Source: a virus. Taken from it: a DNA stretch of 64,000 bases. The stretch covers positions 1-64,000 of the IMG/VR virus record IMGVR_UViG_3300036761_003779. One strand, written 5' to 3'. The first letter of the stretch is position 1, and each line of letters begins with the position of its first letter. The notes below the pieces were generated by a model that saw only the letters and a list, made by a program, of their open reading frames with translations, did not search any database and had not been told where the DNA came from. The translations under genes were made by a program, and so were the position numbers. Shown here piece after piece: positions 50,767 to 60,272 of this stretch.

Positions 50767-52155
50767 TCACGGCTCCGCCTTGACGGAGAGCTGGTACGAC
50801 GCTCCCAACGTCTGCGGCGTGGTGATCACCTTCACGCGGTCCGGGGCAATCCGCTCCACGATCTCCGCGCGGAGCCCGCCCGAGAAGACGTAGGCGGAGG
50901 GGTTGATGAGGTCCGCGTTGTCCGCCATCTCCCGGTCGAAGGCCACCTCCAGGGTCCGGGAGCTGGTGGCGACGACGGAGGTTACACGCGGGTGGGAGAC
51001 CACCGCCATGTAGTCCGAGAGCGCCCCCGTGATGGAGGCCCCGGTGACCGTCTCGAGGTCCCCGACCACCTCCAGTCGGTACGCCTCACCGTCCGTCGTG
51101 AGCGGGATGATCAGCCGCACCGTCGTGGAGTTGACGACCACCACCGCGGTCGGGTGGAAGACCCCGGCGGGGAGGCCAATGTACAGCGCTGTCAGCTCGT
51201 AGCTAAGTGGGTCCCGGAGGGCGTCCCCGGGCTCCCCGAGCAGCTCCATGGCGTAGGCAAAGTGGAGCGTGATCTCGCTGTCCCCCGTCTGATCCGTGGT
51301 GATAAACCCGGTGACGTTGAAGGTCTGGAAGGAGTAGACCGTCATGCCCGCGTTCGGGATCGGGGAGGCGTTGTCCTGCGCGGTTACGCGGACCCGACAG
51401 AGCATGTCCGGCTCGAACGGGACAACGTGCTCGATCCAGTAGCGGTAGCCGTTCGGGAGCGCGGTCCGCGAGGCCGGGTAGCCCGGCTGCTCCGCGTCGT
51501 TCTGCCAGATCGTCTCCCAGGTCCCGGCGCCGCGGTCCAGCTCGATCTTGGTGGCGTCGACGTTCACGCCCGTCTCATCGTCGACAACCTCCAGGATGAT
51601 GTCCGCGTCCAGGGCGACGATGGCCTGACCCGGATAGGGGTCCTGGTTCTGGAGCACCGGCGGGTCGATGTCCGGGTCGATGTCGATGGACGTGTCCGCC
51701 TGGAAGCCGGCAGCGAGGCCCCAGAACTCGTGGAGCGTCGAGGCGTCCGGGAGGTCCGTCCCGCCGACGGTGGTGAACTCCACCTGCGGCGTCGTCCCGT
51801 CCCCGCCCACGACCACGTGCCCGTAGGTGTCAGTCAGGTGCCGGACGAGGAGGGTATATTCCCGCGGCCGGACCGGGAACTCCTCCGTGACCAGGTCGAC
51901 CGTGGCGGAGTTGACCAGCTCAACCCAGAGGACGTACAGGCGCCGCCCGGTCTCCTTCTCCCGGAGGTGGTAGTTGTCCGGGTTCCCGATGAGGGAGGAG
52001 GCCGGGTCCACGCTCAGCGGCCACTCGAAGGTCACGCGGCAGCGGCAGGAGAGCCCCGTGGCGCTCGCCCCCGTGACCTCCGTCCCAACAGGCTCTATGC
52101 CCTCCGAGAGGGTGAGGACGTCCGCCCCGAAGGAAAAGGCGTTCACGATCCTCAT
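50767..52155 (-). CDS. Ig-like domain virion protein
   Basis: Repeated V.F...M....P..Y / V.L.T..Y.L.V Ig modules. Confidence 0.65.
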   Translation of the reverse strand: MRIVNAFSFGADVLTLSEGIEPVGTEVTGASATGLSCRCRVTFEWPLSVDPASSLIGNPDNYHLREKETGRRLYVLWVELVNSATVDLVTEEFPVRPREYTLLVRHLTDTYGHVVVGGDGTTPQVEFTTVGGTDLPDASTLHEFWGLAAGFQADTSIDIDPDIDPPVLQNQDPYPGQAIVALDADIILEVVDDETGVNVDATKIELDRGAGTWETIWQNDAEQPGYPASRTALPNGYRYWIEHVVPFEPDMLCRVRVTAQDNASPIPNAGMTVYSFQTFNVTGFITTDQTGDSEITLHFAYAMELLGEPGDALRDPLSYELTALYIGLPAGVFHPTAVVVVNSTTVRLIIPLTTDGEAYRLEVVGDLETVTGASITGALSDYMAVVSHPRVTSVVATSSRTLEVAFDREMADNADLINPSAYVFSGGLRAEIVERIAPDRVKVITTPQTLGASYQLSVKAEP

Positions 52156-54593
52156 GAGAGCACCCCCAGCGCGTAGGTGTGCCGCGCGTCCTCGGTCAGA
52201 AGCCCCTCCGCCCAGACCGTGTGCGTGTTCAGGTGGATGACCACGACCCGGTTGACGGCCTGGCCCCAGTCAAGGTTGCAGACCAGGAACTCGTCAGAGC
52301 CGTCCCGCGCGTAGGCGATGGCGGAGACCGCCAGGAAGGGCGGGAGGATGTCGTGGTTGGACCCGGGCTTGTAGACCGGGCAGCCGTACTCGAACGCCCA
52401 CGCCCCGGGCCACTCCGAGACGTAGATCCCGTCGTCCGTGGCCACGTACAGCCGCGTGGGGGAGGGGCGGAGGGCCAGCCGCCACTGGGCCACGTACGAG
52501 GCCGGGTAGTGCGGCCACTCCTTCATGTACTGCGTGGCAAACGGGAAGCCGTCGAAGCCCGCCTCCCAGGCGGTCTTGGGGGCGGAGCGGATCCTCCGCG
52601 TGCTTGTCTCGATCCAGAGGACCTGTCCGGAGGGGTCGAAGGCGCACCACTCCACGCCGTCCTCGTCCACGGAGTAGGTGCTCTCCGGGTTCGGGGCGGC
52701 CGCCAGGAAGTTGCCGGGCTTCGAGCGGAAGATCTCCAGGCCGAGGCCGCCGCCCACCGCCCAGTGAAGGTAGCCCCCGGAGTCCTCCTGGTCGTAGAGC
52801 GCGACGGAGTTGCTCCCGTAGGTCTTCACCGCCCAGTCGTCGTAGTCCCCCTGGTACCCCTTCCCGGCGTTTCGGTGGACCAGCGCCCCGGAGGCGTGCT
52901 GGCTCCCGCAGTAGAAGCCCCCGCAGATCGTCGAGGCCGCCAGCCGGTGAATCCGCGCCCGGTCCAGGCGGAAGTCGATGAGGATGGCCCCACCCTCGAC
53001 CGTCCAGGAGCAGCCCACGCTGTAGGAGATCAGGAGGACCCCGTTGCACCACGCGACCCGGTGGACGTAAGGGCTCGAGCCGTCGTGGAGGAGGTTGTTC
53101 GTCCCCCGGTTGAAGCCCATCCAGAGCTTCTTCGCCGCCGCGTCCATCAGCTCGATGGAGGTGGCGGTTGTCAGCACGGCCAGCTCCGCCGGCATGTCCG
53201 CCAGGAGGCCGCGCTCCGCGCCCGCGACCGCCCCCTCCCGGTACCAGCCGGCCCGGTTGGACGTCAGGCCGGAGTTGATGGCGAAGCTCGAGAACTTCAC
53301 GGAGCCCGTCCGGGAGGCGGACCCATCCATCCCAAGGTGGACGTAGACGTCCCCCTGCAGCGACGCGTGGGTGTAGTTGCTCCCAACCTGGACCCACGTG
53401 GCGCCGCTCCAGCGGTAGCCGGAGAGCGTCCCGGCAACCCGGGTGATCCGCAGCTTCCCGGAGACGTCCGAGGTCGTGAAGGTCCCGAGGGAGACCCAGG
53501 TCCCGGACTGCTCCCGCGCCGCCTCGTAGCGCCCGCCGGAGACGTTCCCGCGCCGCTGGATCTGGAAGTCGTTCGACCCACCGGCGCCGCCCACGTTGGC
53601 GGCAACGAACATGATCGCGGTGATCTCGTCCCCGCTGACCGTGTAGGCGGCGAAGTCGGCCTGGATGTCGAAGTCCCCCGTCAGGAGGACCCACTTCAGG
53701 TCGGAGGTCACGCGCGCGGTCTGGTAGCCCCAGGCCGGCGTCCCAAGGTGCGTGAACGTCAGCTCCCCGTCCGCGGTCAGCGTCGCGGTCCCGTAGGCGT
53801 CCGACCACCCAAGCGGGTCCTCCCCCGGGAAGCGCCACGCCAGCCGGTTCTTCCCGCCCGCCATCGACCCGAAGCCGCCCGGCCCGCACTCCTCCCCGTG
53901 GTCGTAGAAGCGCCCGTTGCGTGCCGCCCCCGTGTGCCCGAGGCCCGGCGTCCCGAACGTCCCCCGCGTCGTGTCGACGAGGATGGCGTCGTAGTGCCAG
54001 GCCGCGTTCGCCGTCTCCCGCCCGTCCGCGTCGTAGATGTCGTCCCCCCAGTCCGAGAGCCCGGAGCCCGGGAGGGACAGCTCCCAGTTGAGGGTGTCCT
54101 CCGCCCCGCCGCGGTCCAGGGCGCCGAGGAGGACGCCCCGGCTCTCCCCCGCGACGGCGTCGTGGAGCAGGATCCGGTCCGCCGGGCGCGTGAACTCGAC
54201 CGCGCCCGCGAAGAGGTGGACCAGCCGGTCCTCCAGGCTCCCCGCCTGCGCGCTCTCGTCCGCCCGGGACATGAGCTGGTCGCCGAGCGTGAGCGGGTCC
54301 GCGCCCCAGAGCCGCGGCTGCCGCGGGTCGAGCCCGGGGTTAAGGAGCGCCGCCGCGTCGAAGGCCCCGGCCCCGGGGTCCGGGCCGCTCGGGGTCCCCG
54401 CCCCGTCGTCACCCGTCACGTCCAGCGGGCTCCGGCTCGCCCGCCCCGGAACGCGCTGGCCCATCCCGGCCGCCTGCCCGCCCACGCCCTCCGCGGCCGC
54501 CGGCCCGCCCGCGTCCGCCTGCTCCCCGGCGTCAAACGCCCCGCCGCCGGGGTAGGAGTTGGTGGGGAAGTTGTCTCGCTCTTGGTCCGCCAT
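52152..54593 (-). CDS. Virion protein (beta-propeller with lectin-like insert), paralogue of 54595-56322
   Basis: 813-aa ORF sharing motifs with its neighbour. Confidence 0.65.
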   Translation of the reverse strand: MADQERDNFPTNSYPGGGAFDAGEQADAGGPAAAEGVGGQAAGMGQRVPGRASRSPLDVTGDDGAGTPSGPDPGAGAFDAAALLNPGLDPRQPRLWGADPLTLGDQLMSRADESAQAGSLEDRLVHLFAGAVEFTRPADRILLHDAVAGESRGVLLGALDRGGAEDTLNWELSLPGSGLSDWGDDIYDADGRETANAAWHYDAILVDTTRGTFGTPGLGHTGAARNGRFYDHGEECGPGGFGSMAGGKNRLAWRFPGEDPLGWSDAYGTATLTADGELTFTHLGTPAWGYQTARVTSDLKWVLLTGDFDIQADFAAYTVSGDEITAIMFVAANVGGAGGSNDFQIQRRGNVSGGRYEAAREQSGTWVSLGTFTTSDVSGKLRITRVAGTLSGYRWSGATWVQVGSNYTHASLQGDVYVHLGMDGSASRTGSVKFSSFAINSGLTSNRAGWYREGAVAGAERGLLADMPAELAVLTTATSIELMDAAAKKLWMGFNRGTNNLLHDGSSPYVHRVAWCNGVLLISYSVGCSWTVEGGAILIDFRLDRARIHRLAASTICGGFYCGSQHASGALVHRNAGKGYQGDYDDWAVKTYGSNSVALYDQEDSGGYLHWAVGGGLGLEIFRSKPGNFLAAAPNPESTYSVDEDGVEWCAFDPSGQVLWIETSTRRIRSAPKTAWEAGFDGFPFATQYMKEWPHYPASYVAQWRLALRPSPTRLYVATDDGIYVSEWPGAWAFEYGCPVYKPGSNHDILPPFLAVSAIAYARDGSDEFLVCNLDWGQAVNRVVVIHLNTHTVWAEGLLTEDARHTYALGVLS

Positions 54594-54594
54594 G

Positions 54595-56322
54595 TCACAC
54601 CACCAGGAAGCCGTGCGCGGTCATCGCGCCCGCCTCCTCCAGGGTTGGGTGCGTCACCGCCCGGATGACCACGTCGTCGTGGCACCGGACCGCGAAGGCG
54701 CCGCCCAGTGGCCAGGAGGAACCGACGAGGTAGTCCGTCTTGAGCGCGCGGAGGAGCTGGATCCGCTGGACCGCCGCGGTCTCCCCCGGGAGGACCTCCC
54801 CGCCGGGCGGGCTCCCAAAGACCCCGCCCCCGCCGCCGCCCGCGATCGTGTAGCAGAGGTCGTACCCAAGGGAGACCCGGTGGACCCGCCAGACCCCGGA
54901 GGCGCCCCCGCAGTACACGTGGTTGGCGCCAACCGCGAGGGAGGTGACCGCCTCCGGAAGCTCCACCGCGGCGGAGATCCGGCCCCGGAGGTCCCCATGC
55001 CCGGCGGTGAGCGGGTCCACGAGGACCCCGCGCCGGTAGTCTAGGCCGGCGCGGATCAGCCGGTTCTGCTGGCTCCACCACATCTCCCCGGACCGCCCGA
55101 AGGCCACCCGCCGGATGTCCCCGACGTTGTAGACGAGGGCGGAGGGATTCTGCCAGTACTGGAACTGACCCGCGTTATTGAGGAACTCGACGACCTCCAG
55201 CCCGTCCTCCCCGACCTGCGCCGCCCAGGCCCGCCGCGGGTCCGCCGGGTCGACGGAGACCGCCAGCGCGTGGACGTCCTCGTTGTTGATCCAGAGGGAG
55301 GGGGAGACCCCCGTGGGCGTCCACGGGTTCCCCGTGTTCCGGTTGACGATGGTCTGCCCGGCGGTCAGCCACCAGTGCCCGTCCGCGCGGATCAGCTGAC
55401 CCGCGTTCTGCCCGGTGGCCTTGAAGTCCACCGCGAACAGGCCGCCGTTCTCCCAGGAGTTGGTCCGCATGCCCGCGTACAGGACCCCGTTGACCATGCA
55501 GACGTCCCGGACGGACTCCACGCCCCGGCCCAGGAAGTGGAACTCCGTGGAGGTCGCACTGTTCCCCAGCCTGAACCGCATCCAGACCGTCAGCGTCCCG
55601 CCGGCGTGGTAGAGGTCCAGGTCGTAGATCACCACCTCCAGCCGGTCGACGATGATCAGGGCCAGGTCCGGGAAGTCGTCCCGGACCCCGCGGTCCTGGG
55701 AGGACGCCTCGGACGCCCAGGGCGCCCAGACCGGCCCCGCGTCCTCCACGCCGTTCGTGTACTTCTTCCCGTTCTGCGCGTAGCCGGAGAAGCCGCCCGC
55801 CGTCGGGGTGTGCCAGGCGTCCTTCGTCGCGTCGTAGACGAAGGCCCGGTACACCCAGTACGTCGTCAGGTGCTGATGCCCGTCCGCGTCGAGGGTCGGG
55901 AGCTGCGCGTTGTACTGCGGGTCCGCCCCCTGCCACCGGCGGTCCCGGTCGAGCGGCGCCGTCACCCCCTGCACGCCGTTCTGGTTCTCGGAGGAGAACC
56001 AGGCCCGCGTCGACAGCTGCAGCTCCACCGTCGGCGCCGCGTCGCTGTACCCCACCCCCGCCGCGCGCGTGCCGTCCGCCTCCGCGGCGTCCGCCTCCGC
56101 GGAGCCCTCCGGGAGCCGGAGGCCCGTAGAGAACTCCGGCTGCGGGCGCCTCGGTCCGCCGGCGTCCAGGAAGCGGTAGGCGTCGCATGCGCCGGCCGCG
56201 GGCTTTGGCCCCACCTCCTCCCCCGCCGGCGCCTCCGCCGGCCCGGGGAGGATCTTCTGGAGGTCCTTCCCGATGTCGAGGAGGAGCCGGTCCTCCAGGG
56301 CTCCTGCGCACGTCCTAGCCAC
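54595..56322 (-). CDS. Virion protein (probable beta-propeller)
   Basis: 575 aa; VRDVCM..GVLYAG and VTSLAV..VYCG blade-like repeats. Confidence 0.65.
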   Translation of the reverse strand: MARTCAGALEDRLLLDIGKDLQKILPGPAEAPAGEEVGPKPAAGACDAYRFLDAGGPRRPQPEFSTGLRLPEGSAEADAAEADGTRAAGVGYSDAAPTVELQLSTRAWFSSENQNGVQGVTAPLDRDRRWQGADPQYNAQLPTLDADGHQHLTTYWVYRAFVYDATKDAWHTPTAGGFSGYAQNGKKYTNGVEDAGPVWAPWASEASSQDRGVRDDFPDLALIIVDRLEVVIYDLDLYHAGGTLTVWMRFRLGNSATSTEFHFLGRGVESVRDVCMVNGVLYAGMRTNSWENGGLFAVDFKATGQNAGQLIRADGHWWLTAGQTIVNRNTGNPWTPTGVSPSLWINNEDVHALAVSVDPADPRRAWAAQVGEDGLEVVEFLNNAGQFQYWQNPSALVYNVGDIRRVAFGRSGEMWWSQQNRLIRAGLDYRRGVLVDPLTAGHGDLRGRISAAVELPEAVTSLAVGANHVYCGGASGVWRVHRVSLGYDLCYTIAGGGGGGVFGSPPGGEVLPGETAAVQRIQLLRALKTDYLVGSSWPLGGAFAVRCHDDVVIRAVTHPTLEEAGAMTAHGFLVV

Positions 56323-56572
56323 CGACTACCTCCGTGAACCCGTCGCTCCAGACCTTCATATCCCCCTCCCCGGAGGAGACGAGCGCGGTCACTGCCGGGA
56401 TCCCCGCCCATGCCGTGGCCGGGTCCGCCTCAAAGACCGCGGAGATCTCGTCCCCCGGGAAGTCCGCCGCCGTGGCGTCCCTCGCCGCCTGCGCCGCCCC
56501 GGCGTCCTCGTGCGGTCCCATGACGCCCCAGCCGTGCTCCCCGGCCCGCTTCCAGCTGTAGAAGTGCTTCAC
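56315..56572 (-). CDS. Hypothetical protein
   Basis: GAGGAGG RBS, GTG start. Confidence 0.65.
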   Translation of the reverse strand: MKHFYSWKRAGEHGWGVMGPHEDAGAAQAARDATAADFPGDEISAVFEADPATAWAGIPAVTALVSSGEGDMKVWSDGFTEVVGG

Positions 56573-56585
56573 GACGCGCCTCCTC

Positions 56586-57230
56586 TCAGATCGTCACCAG
56601 CTTCAGGGTGTACTCGATGAGTAGCACCTGACTGGCCGTCTTGTTGATGATCACCGCCCGCCCCGCGGCGTCCTTGATCCGGACGCGGCAGATACGGGCG
56701 CGGCTCACATACCCTGCCACGGAGTCCGCGTCCGCGGCAAAGTGGATCCCCACGGACCTGATGTCGCTGGAGACCCCCTCCGAGGGGAGGAATAACCACC
56801 GGCTCCGGCACTCCACCGACTCCCGCCCATCCCCGGCCACCGCGATCCGGGTGGTCTCGATCACGTCCTCGACGAACCGCTTGCCCCCACCCCCCGCCGT
56901 CTCCGCCTGGGTGTACATAGTCTCGTAGTAGCCGGTGGCAAGCTCCTCGTACGTGGGCTCGGAGGCGGTCGTCATCAGGGTAACGATCCCGAGTGCCGCG
57001 GCCGCCGTCCCGCCAAGGTCGAAGGGGTCCGTCACGTCCGGACCGCCCATCAGCTGGGAGAAGAGGAAGGCCGCGAAGTTGTCGAAAACCAGGTTCCGCG
57101 CCCGGTATCCCCCCAGGAGCGGGAGCCCGCGGAGGAGGGCGTCCGCCTCCCCCCGCCGGAGCGCCGCGCGGAAGTCCGCGTCCCGGAGTCCCCGGGCGTC
57201 GCGGTGGGTCAGTTCGAAGGTCCCTTGCAT
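56586..57230 (-). CDS. Tail/baseplate structural protein, paralogue B
   Basis: Shares KRF.ED.IE and RWLFLPSEGVSSDIRS with 57242-57877. Confidence 0.75.
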   Translation of the reverse strand: MQGTFELTHRDARGLRDADFRAALRRGEADALLRGLPLLGGYRARNLVFDNFAAFLFSQLMGGPDVTDPFDLGGTAAAALGIVTLMTTASEPTYEELATGYYETMYTQAETAGGGGKRFVEDVIETTRIAVAGDGRESVECRSRWLFLPSEGVSSDIRSVGIHFAADADSVAGYVSRARICRVRIKDAAGRAVIINKTASQVLLIEYTLKLVTI

Positions 57231-57241
57231 GGCCGCCCCTC

Positions 57242-57877
57242 CTACACCGTGACGAGGGTGGCCACGTACTCGACGAGGAGGACGTGACGGTTCGTCTTGT
57301 TGATGATGATGGGGAGCCCCGCCTGGTTCTTCAGCCGGATCCGAGCGAAGCGGTAGGTGTAGGATTCGTAGAGGTAGTCTCCATCCAATCGGAAGTAGAC
57401 GGCCAGGGATCGAATGTCACTCGAGACCCCCTCCGAGGGGAGGAACAGCCACCGCTCCCGGAGGGTGATCTCCTCCCGCCCGTCGGGCGCGCACTGGATC
57501 TGATGCGCCTCAATGTGGTCCTCGATGAACCGCTTCGCACCCGCTCCCGCGGTGTTCGGTTGCGTGGAGGGTCCACCGTAGTACTGCTCCGTCCACTCCG
57601 TGTAGGTTGGCTCCGCGTCCAGGGTGCAGAGGTTGAGGTGCGCGAACGCGGCCGCGGATGAGTTCAACGCAATCTGAGCGTACCCAGCCCCGGACATCAG
57701 GTTGACGAACTGGTAGACGGCGAACCAGTTGAAGATCAGGTTCTCCCCCTCCGCCTTCCGCTCCGTCGGGAGACCCCGGAGGAGGGCGTCCAGCTCCCCC
57801 GCCCGGGCGGCCGCGCGGAAGTCCTCGTCCCGGAGATCCCGCGACGCCTTCAGCTCGAGCTTGAAGTGACCGATCAT
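57242..57877 (-). CDS. Tail/baseplate structural protein, paralogue A
   Basis: Tandem paralogue of 56586-57230; AGGAGG RBS. Confidence 0.75.
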   Translation of the reverse strand: MIGHFKLELKASRDLRDEDFRAAARAGELDALLRGLPTERKAEGENLIFNWFAVYQFVNLMSGAGYAQIALNSSAAAFAHLNLCTLDAEPTYTEWTEQYYGGPSTQPNTAGAGAKRFIEDHIEAHQIQCAPDGREEITLRERWLFLPSEGVSSDIRSLAVYFRLDGDYLYESYTYRFARIRLKNQAGLPIIINKTNRHVLLVEYVATLVTV

Positions 57878-57886
57878 GGCGCCCTC

Positions 57887-60205
57887 CTAAGCCACCGGCA
57901 GGTCGCCGGAGACGTTGACCCGGTAGATGATGGTGAGCGCCTCCAGCGGGAGCTTCCGGACGACCTGGGTCAGGCCCGTCTTCTGCTCCTGGGAAGTGGA
58001 GAGCCCGAGCTTGGCGTTGGCCGTCCCGCCGGCCGCCGTCGACACCTTGTCGAGCTGGCTGTTGTAGCCGGCCACCGTGGCCCGGATCCAGAGGAAGCCG
58101 GCCTGGCTCCGGATCGCCTCCAGCCCGTAGCCCCGGAGCTGCTTGTTCAGGGCGTCCGCGACGGTCTGGACGTCGTTGTTTGCGATGCTCCCGGACGTGA
58201 CCAGGCTCCCGAAGCTGAAGGTCCGCCAGACGCCGACCGGCCCGGGCGTCCCCGGCCCCGTCGGGGCGCCGGAGGTCGCCAGCTTGACCGCGTCGTCCAC
58301 CCCCGCCGTGAAGGTGATCGAGGCCAGCTCCTCCATGATGTAGAACTCCGCCACCTCGACCGCCTTGGAGGTCACGAACGCCTGCCCGGACGTGATCTTG
58401 ATCCCCCGGGTCGCGCGCGGTGAGTTGAACCTGAACTCATAGCCCCGCTCCCCGCCGTCGAAGATCTCCGTGGCCTTCCCAGAGCCGGTGAAGTCCACCT
58501 CCGCGCCCACGTCCGTCCAGTGGAGCGGCTGCGCCGGCTCGAGGAGGTTCGGGTCCCCGCCCACCTTGCTCGCATCCAGGAACTGGATCTTGAAGGTATT
58601 GAGGCAGTTGTCCTTAGGCGTCCCGGGCGGGAGGACGATGCGGACCCCGTGGACGTTCTGGTCCGCGGCCCAGATCCGCGCCAGCTCGTGCGGCCCGGTC
58701 ACGTCTACACTCCGCCACTTCCGCTCCCCGAGGTCCACGACCCCGGTGCTCGCCTCCGCCTCCACGTTCCCGTCGAAGGCGCCGTCCCCGGTGCTCACCG
58801 TCACGACCTGCGCCGCGAAGCCGGCGGTCTCGTTGGAGACCGCCTCCAGGACGAGGACGTCCCAGGAGGTCAGGACGGTGACGATCCGCTTCGCCCCGTT
58901 GTTCCCGGCACCGGAGCCGGAGATGTCCAGCGTTCGCCCCTCGTCCGCGGCGGTGAAGTTCCCGTTCTTCATCCGGACCCGCTTGTCGCTGGCCCAGATC
59001 TGATCCCCGACCGCGGTGGCGACGGACCGCTCCGTCACGTCCTCGTTCGAGGTCTGGTAGTAGCCCGCGCCATGCCCGTCCCCGAGGAGGTCCCCCAGGA
59101 CGTACTTGTAGAGGGAGGTCGACTCGTGGACGTACACCCGGTCGGAGATCCCCTGGAGGAGCGGCGGGAGCCCGATGACGGAGCGGACCCCGACGAGGCT
59201 GTCCGCCTCCCCGTCCCCGCACTGGATCCCGGCGGCCAGGCCGACCGCCTTAATGGGGAGGTTGTCGATGTAGTCGTCCGCGATCTCCAGCGCCGTCCCG
59301 CCGGTCATCCCGGAGACCGTGAGCGTCCCGCCGGTGTGCGTGATGGTCTTCGCCCCGATGGCGCCGCCCGTGTCGTGGGCGAGGGAGACGATCCCGGAGC
59401 CGCCGTTCGAGGCGGTGATGAAGAGCGTCGTAGCCAGGAGGGAGTTGACGACCGCGATGGTCAGGTCCCGCATCTGGTCCGCGGTCTCCGTCCCGGCGAA
59501 GCGGATGGGGACGTGGTTCGCCGGGTCCCCGTCCCACTCCGCCACGGAGGCGTCCGAGTCAAACTCGAACGTGAGCGCGTCGTTGATCCCGTCCGGGAGC
59601 GTGAACGTCGAGCCGTTCAGCCCGCCCGTCGAGCCGGCCGGGACGGTCACGGAGCCCGTGGCGTAGGTGGGCGTGTTGGCCTGCGCGAAGAAGACGTACT
59701 CAATCTCGCGGTAGGGTGCAGTTGTAGGGTACGCGATGGAGTTCCGCTTCATCCCCGGCCCGGTCGTGTCCGAGATCAGGATGGCGCGAACGCCCTTCCC
59801 CGGGAGCGCCGGGTTGACCGGGACCCGCGCATCGTACGCCCCGTCGCTCTCCGCCCACTTCACGCGGGCGTCCCCCGCCTTTGGCGGGATCGCCTCCGGG
59901 TGGTCCGCCGCCATGAAGAAGGCCGGGAACGGGTTGGTCGTCTGAGAGATGACGATGTCCGTGGGCACGTAGGGTCCGCCCGGGTGCCCAATGAGGGCGC
60001 GGTGCATGAAGGCGGAGAGCCCACGCTTCGTGATCTTGTTCTTGCTCCGGAGGTCCTGGAGCGGGTCAACCCGCGGCGACCACTCCCCGTCCGCCCCGTG
60101 GAGGAGAAGGTCCTCCAGCTGCAGCGGCCGCCCAGCGGCGTCAATGCCGCGCTGCCTGATGAACCGGAACGAACCGGAGATCCCAGCGAAGCCCTTGCCC
60201 TTCAT
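57887..60205 (-). CDS. Large tail structural protein with a discoidin/F5-8-like domain
   Basis: AFDGN..W..FKIQ..W..F..P.ATRGIKI..VAEF. Confidence 0.6.
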   Translation of the reverse strand: MKGKGFAGISGSFRFIRQRGIDAAGRPLQLEDLLLHGADGEWSPRVDPLQDLRSKNKITKRGLSAFMHRALIGHPGGPYVPTDIVISQTTNPFPAFFMAADHPEAIPPKAGDARVKWAESDGAYDARVPVNPALPGKGVRAILISDTTGPGMKRNSIAYPTTAPYREIEYVFFAQANTPTYATGSVTVPAGSTGGLNGSTFTLPDGINDALTFEFDSDASVAEWDGDPANHVPIRFAGTETADQMRDLTIAVVNSLLATTLFITASNGGSGIVSLAHDTGGAIGAKTITHTGGTLTVSGMTGGTALEIADDYIDNLPIKAVGLAAGIQCGDGEADSLVGVRSVIGLPPLLQGISDRVYVHESTSLYKYVLGDLLGDGHGAGYYQTSNEDVTERSVATAVGDQIWASDKRVRMKNGNFTAADEGRTLDISGSGAGNNGAKRIVTVLTSWDVLVLEAVSNETAGFAAQVVTVSTGDGAFDGNVEAEASTGVVDLGERKWRSVDVTGPHELARIWAADQNVHGVRIVLPPGTPKDNCLNTFKIQFLDASKVGGDPNLLEPAQPLHWTDVGAEVDFTGSGKATEIFDGGERGYEFRFNSPRATRGIKITSGQAFVTSKAVEVAEFYIMEELASITFTAGVDDAVKLATSGAPTGPGTPGPVGVWRTFSFGSLVTSGSIANNDVQTVADALNKQLRGYGLEAIRSQAGFLWIRATVAGYNSQLDKVSTAAGGTANAKLGLSTSQEQKTGLTQVVRKLPLEALTIIYRVNVSGDLPVA

Positions 60206-60272
60206 CTCTTCCTCCACGCGGACCAGCGGGTCCGCATCTGGCCCACCGCGGCGCGTCCGCGGGGAGCGGTTG

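Noticed and set aside
41442-56322. Diversity-generating retroelement acting on tail fibres
   Set aside because: No reverse transcriptase and no adenine-variable TR/VR pair seen in the window
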